From the NCBI RefSeq assembly GCF_022701215.1, contig NZ_CP089976.1, forward strand, positions 1,950,001 to 1,982,000: a stretch of DNA of 32,000 bases, given 5' to 3'. The notes under the pieces were generated by a model. The model worked only from the letters and a program-made list of their open reading frames with translations, ran no database searches and was not told the DNA's origin. Source of the stretch: Moraxella nasovis (GTDB taxonomy: Bacteria > Pseudomonadota > Gammaproteobacteria > Pseudomonadales > Moraxellaceae). A program made the translations under genes and the position numbers. Each line of letters starts with the position of its first letter. Position 1 is the stretch's first letter. Positions 24,475-31,336 of this stretch are shown here, piece after piece.

Positions 24475-25131
24475 ATGAAAACCATCCACTTTTACGGCAT
24501 TTTAGCCAAAAAATTCGGTAAAACCTTTGAGCTAGATGTTAAGACCGCGTTTGAGGCAACCCACGCCCTAGCGTGTCAAATACCTGCCTTTAAAGCATTC
24601 ATGGAACAAAGTGGCGTAAATTTAGCCGTATTTTTAGGCGATAAGGTGTTAAAAAACAACATCAATGAAAATGAAATCAACAACCAAACCGCCAAATCTG
24701 ACATTCATATCGTGCCACAAATTGAAGGGGCTGGCGGTAAGGTTGGCGGTATTTTACAAACGGTGGCAGGGATTGCGATGATTGGTGTTGGCGTATTTTC
24801 TACGACTATTACGGCAGGGGCGTCATCTGCCTTAATCGGTGTTGGTGCAGGTCTTTTGATGGGCGGTGTCTCAAGCCTACTTATGCCCACGCCAAAGCAT
24901 GAACCTGATGACCCTGACGGTAATAAAGCCAATAACGGCTTTGGGGCAGCGGTTACCACAGTAGCACAAGGCAACCCTGTACCCATCCTTTATGGCGAGC
25001 GTGAGATTGGTGGATTTGTAATATCAGCTTCGGTATATGCCCAAGATAAGATGATACAAGGGGTCGTTATGACAACGTTACACAATGCAGCTACTGACCT
25101 TATTAAAAAAGCATTTAAAGGTAAAGGGTAA
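24475..25131 (+). CDS. Tail assembly protein I (gpI-like)
   Basis: MKTIHFYG.LAKKFG..FELDV.T..EA..AL..Q.P.F…, a central Gly/Ala-rich hydrophobic stretch, and …N.…G.PVPILYGE…GG.VIS as in Lambda_tail_I. Confidence 0.85.
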   Translation: MKTIHFYGILAKKFGKTFELDVKTAFEATHALACQIPAFKAFMEQSGVNLAVFLGDKVLKNNINENEINNQTAKSDIHIVPQIEGAGGKVGGILQTVAGIAMIGVGVFSTTITAGASSALIGVGAGLLMGGVSSLLMPTPKHEPDDPDGNKANNGFGAAVTTVAQGNPVPILYGEREIGGFVISASVYAQDKMIQGVVMTTLHNAATDLIKKAFKGKG

Positions 25132-25135
25132 AATC

Positions 25136-28100
25136 ATGCAAATTCAAGGTGCTAAGAAAAAAAAAGACGCCAAGCCAAACATCGCCAAAGACACCGCCCA
25201 ATCTACCACCGTATTACAAGCGATGTATGGGCTATCAGAAGGTGAAGTGGCAGGGCTGGTGGACGGCGGTAAATCTATTAAATTAGATGGCACGCCTATC
25301 ATCAATGACAATGGCGAGCCTAACTTTGATGGCGTGGAATGGTCGTATCGTGCTGGTACATTGGACCAAACACACATTGACGGCTTTAATGCGGTTGAAA
25401 ACGAGATTGGCGTGGGCGTTGAGCTAAATAGTTCACGTGATTTTGTCAAAGAGATTACCAATACCCAGCTGTCTGCTGTGGTGGTTCGCATTGGCTTTAA
25501 TGGTTTATACAAAACGCATGATAACGGCGATGTGGGGGCTTATCGCATTGATTATGCCATTGATTTACAAACTGATAACGGGGCGTATTTGACCGTATTA
25601 GATACCTTTATTGACGAAAAAGCGTCGCAAGGCTATCAAAAAAGCCATAGAATCAACCTGCCAAAAGCTAAAAACCATTGGACAATCCGAGTTCGTAGAA
25701 AAACGCCCAACCAAAACAGCGAGCTTATCGGCGATAAAATGCGCATTATCGCTTTGACCGAAGTTGTGGACGCAAAATTACGCTATCCTTGCACCGCCCT
25801 ACTTGCCCTAAAATATGACGCAAATACCTTTGGTAATATTGCCAAATTATCGGTGCGTATGCGTGGCATGATTATCCAAGTACCTACCAATTATGACCCT
25901 GTAACACGCATTTATACAGGGCTTTGGGACGGCAGATTTAAGATGGCGTATTCTGATAACCCTGCATGGGTGCTATACGACATCTGCACGCATACACGAT
26001 ATGGGCTGGGCAATCGGCTAGATGGCAAAGTAGATAAATGGAGCTTGTACCAATTAGCCCAGTACTGCGATGAGCTGGTGGACGATGGGCGTGGCGGACG
26101 TGAACCACGTTTTCGTGTCAATGTGTATATTCAGCAAGCCCAAAATGCGTTTAGCGTTTTACAAAACCTATCATCTATCTTTCGTGCGATGAGCTTTTGG
26201 GACGGCGAAAAAATCGTCTTTGACGCTGACACGCCAAAAGAGCCGAGTTATCATTTTAATACGGCAAACGTGGTCAATGGCGAGTTTGTTTATACAGGCA
26301 CACGAGCAAGAGACCGCCACACCATCGCCCAAATTGCTTATGATGACCCTGACAATGACTTTAAGACCGATTATGTTCACGTTAAAGATGAACAAGCGAT
26401 AGCCAAATACGGCATACGTATCGTTAAGATTAACGCCTTTGGCTGTACCAGTCGCACCCAAGCCATCAGAGCAGGACGCTGGGCGTTATTATCCGAGCAG
26501 ATGCAAACACAAACGGTAAGCTTTAGCGTAGGGCTTGACGGCTTTATCCCAAAAGTGGGCGATGTGATTAGTATTACCGATAACCGCCGCGCTGGTCTTA
26601 GTGGGCGGATTGTGGGGTCGGCTAATTTGGTTGAAAGCATGACCCCTACCACCACATCTAATCATCTGATTGTGGGCTTGGCATTAAAGCAAGCTTTTAA
26701 TGATGGCGATAAAGTTACCATCAGCCTTAGTGCCACCGATGGTGAATATCTGATTTATAATTCAGAGTCAGCGGCGGCAAACGAGATTGGTCGCATAAAC
26801 GTGGTAGATGGCACAGCTCGTGCTGTGATGACGTGGAACGTGGGGAAAAGTGGCAACAGTCATTTGTATATTTATCGCACAAGCACACGCCAAGAACGCA
26901 CCATCAATCAAGTTACCCTAACCGCCACCAAGACACGCCATGTCGTACTAGACCGCACCCCCAAAGACCAAGATAGCATCATCGTAGGCGGTCGCACATT
27001 AAGCGTTGAAAGCATAAACGGCAATGAGCTACTGCTTAGCGATAAAGTGAATATTGGCGATGTGTGGAGCATGGGTGGGGCAGATAATTACCGCATTTTG
27101 CACATGACGCATAACGATGACCACACCTTTAGCATCACCGCGTTGCAGTATGAAATCGCTAAATTTAGCGTAGCAGAACACGGCTACACCATACCGCCTA
27201 AGCCTGTTAAAGTGCATGAGCAGGTACTTACCGCACCGTCATCTGTCAATATCAGCCAGTTTAACTACACGCACCAAGGCTTAAATCAAATCAAAATCAC
27301 CATTGATTATTCACAAGTCTTAGCAGCAGATTACTATGTCGTAGAATACAATAAAGACGGCACAGGCTGGAAGCTATTAGGTGAAACGACCGCTACTAGT
27401 ATTGATATTGATAACGCAGTAGCAGGTGAATATCTGGCACGAGTAAAAGCGGTGGACGGCTTTGGCAACAGCAGTCGCTATACGCTAAGCCATCAGACCA
27501 CCATCACCGATAAAACCGCACCGCCTAAGCCATTATCAAGCTTTAGCGGTAAAGGCATATTATTTGGCATAGATTTATCATGGCAATATTCTGATGATAC
27601 AGACATTGCCTTTGCCGAGATTGAGGTGAGTGATGATAAGCAAACAACTAGCATTCTTGGGCAATATGCCTATCCGACCAACACGGCTAATATTACAGGC
27701 TTACAAGGCAATCTGACACGCCATTACCGTGCAAGGTCGGTGGATAAGCTGGGCAATGTGAGTACTTGGAGCGAGTGGCAAACGATTACCACGTCTGCTG
27801 ATACCAGCCAGATTTTATCGCTATTATCTGATGACATCACAGGCGATATGCTAGATAATGCGTTGCGTGGTAAGATTAACACCGCCTATGATAAGAGCGG
27901 ACAAAATGAGACGAATCTTGCGACAGAAATCCAAAACCGCACGGCAGCCATCAATCAAGAAATCCAAAACCGCACGCAAGCCATCAATGCCAAAACAGGC
28001 GAAGTGCGTGGGCTGTTAAACGGACTGCAAACAGGCTTAACCCAGCGTATTGATGATGTCAGCGACGCCAACCGCCAAACCTTATCAGAGCTAAATGGCT

Positions 28101-29788
28101 ACAAGACGGCTAATGATAGGGCTGTAGCAGGGGTAGTACAGCAGGTAAACGCCATTAGTGATAACACACAGGCGGCATCATCACGGCTTGATGGCTTGCA
28201 ATCACGCTTTGATGGGGTGCTTAATTCTAAAAACTTATTACAAAATACCACAAATAGTACAACGGACCAGTTTTTGGTGGCAAGTTATCCCATCGTAAAA
28301 AACATAGCTACAGGGCAAAAGGTGCTAGTTAGTATCACCACCGACCCCCAAAGTGAGCTACTTGTTTATAACTCAAGTGCAGCAGGGGCAAATAGCATTG
28401 GGCGTATCACAGCCAACGGCACACCCCAACAGCTGACGTGGAACGCTGGGATAAGCGGTAATAACGCACTGCATTTTTATCGCACCAATATCCGTGACAC
28501 AAGCCGTATATCTGTATCAAATGCAAGCTTAAAGGTGATAGATGGGGCGATAGATGATGTGAGTGCTGACTTAACCGAGTTTAAGCAGACACAGACAACG
28601 GCTACACAAGCGTTAAGCGAAAAAACCGAGCAATTAAGGGCAGATTTGGGGTCTAAGGCTAATGCTAGTGCTTTAAATAACTACTACACCAAAGCCCAAA
28701 CCGATAACGTGGTGAGTGGGCAAATTCGGCAGTTTAATTCAAGATTAAATGGTAAGGCAGACAGTTCAGCCTTAAACAGCTTGACAAGCACGGTTACACA
28801 GCATGGGCGTGATATTAGAGCAACCAGCCAGAAAGTAACACAGCTTGAAACAAGCGTAAACGGCTATAGCACCAAAATCCGTAACGTAGAGCAGTCTATT
28901 GATGGCGTGTCTGCCATCAAAGCGGTTACGGTGGATAATAACGGTGTCATCAGTGGCTATGGGCTTATCAGCGAGCTTAAAAATGGGCGTGTTACTAGCC
29001 GATTTGGGATTAACGCTGACCAGTTTTATCTGGGAAATCCTAATGATGGTAAAAAGCCGTTTATTGTGAACACAAGCCCACGCACGATTAACGGCGTACG
29101 CTATCCTGCTGGCACGTTTATTGATAGTGCGTATATTGCTAATGCGTCTATTGATAATGCCAAGATTGCCGATGGAGCGATTACGAACGCTAAGATTGAC
29201 AATGGGGCTATCACGAACGCTAAGATTGGCATAGCCCAAGTAGATACCTTGCAGATTGCAGGGGAAGCGGTCATTGTGCCAAGGGCTCAAAGTTTTCAAA
29301 ATATAAGAACTTTTGAGGTGGGTGGTACTGATGATTTATTTACACTAACCATTGATGGAATTGTTGGGGGAACCCCAATTTTAATCAATGCGTTTTTGTA
29401 TGCGGAGTTTGTCGCAAATCAAGCCATACCGATACCGCCAACGCTACAGGTCAATCTATATCGTGATAATCACGTGATATATTCTGAAATGTTCGCAGAA
29501 GTTACCACAACACCGCTGTTTTCAGAAAGCAGCGACTGTTGGGAAGAAGAAGAATGGGGAGAAAGAGGACGCCCTATCCGTCGCAGGGTCTGTGGACCAC
29601 CTAGAATTAGACAAATTGGGACGCATTCTACCGTTAAGGGCAACTTTATCCTTGGCGGTTTGGTGGATTATACAACAAAAACAAGCCATGCTTACAAACT
29701 TAGTATCACAACCACCAAACCTGCAAACTATAACGGTGAATTAACAATCAGGCGTGGTAGTCTATCCGTCATGGCGGTCAAACGCTAA
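25136..29788 (+). CDS. Host-specificity / central tail fibre protein J (1550 aa)
   Basis: The gpJ N-terminal blocks are present (…YGLSEGEV.GLVDGGKSI.LDGTP…; …NPAWVLYDI.T..RYGLG…; …RF..NVYIQ…). It also has two FN3 domains (27230-27800), coiled-coil repeats and a C-terminal …ITNAKI… repeat region. The ATG at 25136 follows the gpI stop by 4 nt. Confidence 0.95.
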   Translation: MQIQGAKKKKDAKPNIAKDTAQSTTVLQAMYGLSEGEVAGLVDGGKSIKLDGTPIINDNGEPNFDGVEWSYRAGTLDQTHIDGFNAVENEIGVGVELNSSRDFVKEITNTQLSAVVVRIGFNGLYKTHDNGDVGAYRIDYAIDLQTDNGAYLTVLDTFIDEKASQGYQKSHRINLPKAKNHWTIRVRRKTPNQNSELIGDKMRIIALTEVVDAKLRYPCTALLALKYDANTFGNIAKLSVRMRGMIIQVPTNYDPVTRIYTGLWDGRFKMAYSDNPAWVLYDICTHTRYGLGNRLDGKVDKWSLYQLAQYCDELVDDGRGGREPRFRVNVYIQQAQNAFSVLQNLSSIFRAMSFWDGEKIVFDADTPKEPSYHFNTANVVNGEFVYTGTRARDRHTIAQIAYDDPDNDFKTDYVHVKDEQAIAKYGIRIVKINAFGCTSRTQAIRAGRWALLSEQMQTQTVSFSVGLDGFIPKVGDVISITDNRRAGLSGRIVGSANLVESMTPTTTSNHLIVGLALKQAFNDGDKVTISLSATDGEYLIYNSESAAANEIGRINVVDGTARAVMTWNVGKSGNSHLYIYRTSTRQERTINQVTLTATKTRHVVLDRTPKDQDSIIVGGRTLSVESINGNELLLSDKVNIGDVWSMGGADNYRILHMTHNDDHTFSITALQYEIAKFSVAEHGYTIPPKPVKVHEQVLTAPSSVNISQFNYTHQGLNQIKITIDYSQVLAADYYVVEYNKDGTGWKLLGETTATSIDIDNAVAGEYLARVKAVDGFGNSSRYTLSHQTTITDKTAPPKPLSSFSGKGILFGIDLSWQYSDDTDIAFAEIEVSDDKQTTSILGQYAYPTNTANITGLQGNLTRHYRARSVDKLGNVSTWSEWQTITTSADTSQILSLLSDDITGDMLDNALRGKINTAYDKSGQNETNLATEIQNRTAAINQEIQNRTQAINAKTGEVRGLLNGLQTGLTQRIDDVSDANRQTLSELNGYKTANDRAVAGVVQQVNAISDNTQAASSRLDGLQSRFDGVLNSKNLLQNTTNSTTDQFLVASYPIVKNIATGQKVLVSITTDPQSELLVYNSSAAGANSIGRITANGTPQQLTWNAGISGNNALHFYRTNIRDTSRISVSNASLKVIDGAIDDVSADLTEFKQTQTTATQALSEKTEQLRADLGSKANASALNNYYTKAQTDNVVSGQIRQFNSRLNGKADSSALNSLTSTVTQHGRDIRATSQKVTQLETSVNGYSTKIRNVEQSIDGVSAIKAVTVDNNGVISGYGLISELKNGRVTSRFGINADQFYLGNPNDGKKPFIVNTSPRTINGVRYPAGTFIDSAYIANASIDNAKIADGAITNAKIDNGAITNAKIGIAQVDTLQIAGEAVIVPRAQSFQNIRTFEVGGTDDLFTLTIDGIVGGTPILINAFLYAEFVANQAIPIPPTLQVNLYRDNHVIYSEMFAEVTTTPLFSESSDCWEEEEWGERGRPIRRRVCGPPRIRQIGTHSTVKGNFILGGLVDYTTKTSHAYKLSITTTKPANYNGELTIRRGSLSVMAVKR

Positions 29789-29962
29789 CACCGCACGCAC
29801 AATCAGCTCGTTTTGGGGAATGCCTAAGCGTTTGGCGGTCTGTTCAATCATGGCGATGTCATCTATGTGTAGCTTAAAGCCCTTGGTTTTCATGCCACGC
29901 TTGGCGTCGCTGTCGTATTGGATTTGATTGCGTGATTTTGGATTTGTGGTGTATTTTGGCAT
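29762..29962 (-). CDS. Ribbon-helix-helix (Arc/CopG/MetJ-type) DNA-binding protein
   Basis: …KTKGFKLHIDDIAMIEQTAKRLGIPQNELIVRAVLAF fits a beta-strand-helix-helix layout. The RBS is AGGAAAAAG. The 3' end overlaps the gpJ 3' end by 27 nt. Confidence 0.55.
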   Translation of the reverse strand: MPKYTTNPKSRNQIQYDSDAKRGMKTKGFKLHIDDIAMIEQTAKRLGIPQNELIVRAVLAFDRHDG

Positions 29963-29990
29963 TTGACTTTTTCCTGTGGTGTGTTATTAT
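29963..29990 (+). promoter_or_regulatory. Putative promoter for an antisense (Sib-like) RNA
   Basis: TTGACT (29963-29968), a 16-nt spacer, then the extended -10 TGtTATTAT (29982-29990). It points into the peptide ORF on the other strand. Confidence 0.4.
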
Positions 29991-30058
29991 AAGATTTAAG
30001 GAGATGAGCTAGGGTTTCCCCTAACTCCACCTTAGGCTAAGCCCTTAGGTGCTTGATG

Positions 30059-30112
30059 TTAGTAAGCTGGCAGGCTATATAACACCAAGATAATCACAAT
30101 GACTACTCTCAT
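30059..30112 (-). CDS. 17-aa hydrophobic peptide MRVVIVIILVLYSLPAY, an Ibs-like type I toxin candidate
   Basis: AGGAG (30124-30120) lies 7 nt before the ATG (30112-30110), and TAA is at 30061-30059. Length, hydrophobic core and the C-terminal S-L-P-A-Y resemble E. coli Ibs peptides (18-19 aa, ending …SF(P/S/Q)(A/T)Y, from memory). Confidence 0.4.
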   Translation of the reverse strand: MRVVIVIILVLYSLPAY

Positions 30113-30182
30113 TGGTTATCTCCTGTTGGTTAATGTTCCCTTTTTGGGGCTTCCTTAGTCAAGTGTGCCACCACTTGCTAAG

Positions 30183-30210
30183 TTGGTGTTATTATAGATT
30201 AACCTATAAT
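30183..30210 (+). promoter_or_regulatory. Putative promoter for the 30278-31130 gene set
   Basis: TTGGTG (30183-30188), a 16-nt spacer, then TATAAT (30205-30210). It is interleaved back-to-back with the minus-strand promoter. Confidence 0.4.
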
Positions 30211-30219
30211 AAAAGTCAA
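30191..30219 (-). promoter_or_regulatory. Consensus-like promoter driving the peptide (and possibly RHH) transcript
   Basis: The minus strand reads TTGACT (30219-30214), a 17-nt spacer, then TATAAT (30196-30191). The predicted 5' UTR to the peptide ATG is about 70 nt. Confidence 0.5.
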
Positions 30220-30277
30220 GTAAATTATACGTTTTCGTGTAAATTGCTTGGCTTTTTTTTCGTTTTTAAGGAGTAAC

Positions 30278-30454
30278 ATGTTCATTCAAATTTATGTTTA
30301 TGACAAGACAACAGGTCAATATCTTTATCAAGACGTGGGCAATCCAAATGGTGTCATACGTGATTTATCCGATGATAAAGATTTTACACTAACCCCACCG
30401 CCTGACAACGTCAAGCCTTGGCGTTGGATAGACGATAAGTGGATTGCCGCCTAA
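30278..30454 (+). CDS. Hypothetical 58-aa phage protein
   Basis: AAGGAG RBS, with the ATG at 30278 (MFIQIYVYDKTTGQYLY…TLTPPPDNVKPWRWIDDKWI). There is a faint resemblance to N-termini of tail-fibre assembly proteins. The track start 30248 is a TTG extension. Confidence 0.45.
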   Translation: MFIQIYVYDKTTGQYLYQDVGNPNGVIRDLSDDKDFTLTPPPDNVKPWRWIDDKWIAA

Positions 30455-30467
30455 TGGGCGGTTTTTT
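30446..30467 (+). terminator. Weak rho-independent terminator or attenuator
   Basis: GCCGCC-taatg-GGCGG followed by T6. It overlaps the stop codon of the 58-aa ORF. Confidence 0.45.
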
Positions 30468-30479
30468 ATTGGAGAAAAC

Positions 30480-30800
30480 ATGACAGAAAACCAGTGGCTT
30501 CAAGTCTTAGTCACCTTGCCTTATGTACTTGTGTTATCGCTATTAGGTGGCTTGGCAAGCTTTATCATGCGACTTAATCAAGCAACCGAGCCTAAGCCAT
30601 TAGGCAAGATATTTTTAAACTTATTTGGTGAACTGTTTTTAAGTGGCTTTGCAGGTCTTACAACCTTTTTACTGTGCCGTGAATGGGAATTATCCTTAAA
30701 CATCACCGCCGTGGCTGTGGCAATCAGCGGACACTTGGGCGGTAATGCCATTAATCAGTTAACCAAAATCTATGACAACGTAATCAACAAGGGGAGCTAA
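30480..30800 (+). CDS. Three-TM small membrane protein, holin-like
   Basis: 106 aa with a GGAG RBS and three hydrophobic segments (LVTLPYVLVLSLLGGLASFIM; IFLNLFGELFLSGFAGLTTFLL; ITAVAVAISGHLGG). The holin call rests on size and topology only. No endolysin gene is adjacent. Confidence 0.45.
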   Translation: MTENQWLQVLVTLPYVLVLSLLGGLASFIMRLNQATEPKPLGKIFLNLFGELFLSGFAGLTTFLLCREWELSLNITAVAVAISGHLGGNAINQLTKIYDNVINKGS

Positions 30801-31336
30801 TGCCACCAAAAATCAAACTTAGCTTGTATCGTGGTGATGATACTGCCAAGCGATTTAGATTTACGCAAGGCGATGCACCATACGATACAAGCCAAATTGC
30901 AAGGCTTGATTTACAAGCATATACTGAAACTAAAACTAAGCGTACACAAGTGCTGTCATTGTCTAGCGATGACGGCATTTTTATTGTAGATACTGGCGTT
31001 ATTGTCGTGAACTTTTCGCACGGCATGACAGATAACGCCACATGGTCAATGGCAAAATACGACTTACAAGCAACGATGAAAGATGGGCGTATTAAGACGC
31101 TTGTGCAGGGGGTGATAAGCCTTACACAGCCAAGTTTGACCTGTGCCTCGACACGCTCAATTTATTCCTTAGCGAATGATTCTTTACTAAGAGTCTTTGA
31201 TTGTGTACAATCTGCCAAGCTTAACAATAAACATACCAAAGATGCAACCACACACTTTACTTACTACTTTACAAATAGGCGACGAGATTATAAACAACAG
31301 AATCTGGCTGGCACCTATGGCTGGAGTTACGGATAA
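30800..31336 (+). CDS. Chimeric ORF: phage protein (about the first 110 aa) reading through the prophage-chromosome junction into the dusB promoter and start
   Basis: It has a TAATG overlap with the upstream gene. MPPKIKLSLYRGDDTAKRFRFT…YDLQATMKDGRIKTLVQGVISLTQ looks like a small beta-sandwich phage protein. After about 31130 the translation (PSLTCASTRSIYSLAN…) is low quality and overlaps dusB in another frame. Confidence 0.45.
   Translation: MPPKIKLSLYRGDDTAKRFRFTQGDAPYDTSQIARLDLQAYTETKTKRTQVLSLSSDDGIFIVDTGVIVVNFSHGMTDNATWSMAKYDLQATMKDGRIKTLVQGVISLTQPSLTCASTRSIYSLANDSLLRVFDCVQSAKLNNKHTKDATTHFTYYFTNRRRDYKQQNLAGTYGWSYG

Larger units (their letters stand above)
8100..31130. mobile_element. Defective lambdoid/siphovirus-type prophage remnant with no integrase, portal, capsid or endolysin recognisable. 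Boundaries are approximate.
   Basis: Phage genes are contiguous (HNH, Q, TerS, TerL, MuF, tail module U-V-G/GT-H-M-L-K-I-J, holin-like) between the chromosomal DASS gene and dusB. No att repeats could be identified by eye. Confidence 0.8.

Noticed and set aside
20136-25136. Long N-terminal extensions in the ORF track (gpM from 20136, moron from 20547, gpL from 21054, gpK from 23072, higB from 24489, gpJ from 25085)
   Set aside because: Internal ATGs with proper Shine-Dalgarno spacing give proteins that begin at the conserved family N-termini. The extensions overlap upstream genes or terminators.
26659-28548. Diversity-generating retroelement (template/variable repeat) explaining the duplicated J domains
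   Set aside because: No reverse transcriptase gene is in the window. The two copies are diverged throughout at the protein level rather than differing at adenine-templated positions.
25144-29299. Minus-strand and alternative-frame ORFs within gene J (for example 28772-29299, 175 aa)
   Set aside because: They lie entirely inside the well-supported 1550-aa J ORF and have no start context. Their composition is typical of antisense frames.
7290-31240. attL/attR direct repeats and an integrase
   Set aside because: I compared the sequence around 31120-31240 with 7290-8760 by eye and found no convincing shared core. No tyrosine or serine recombinase ORF exists in the island. A computational repeat search is needed before concluding absence.
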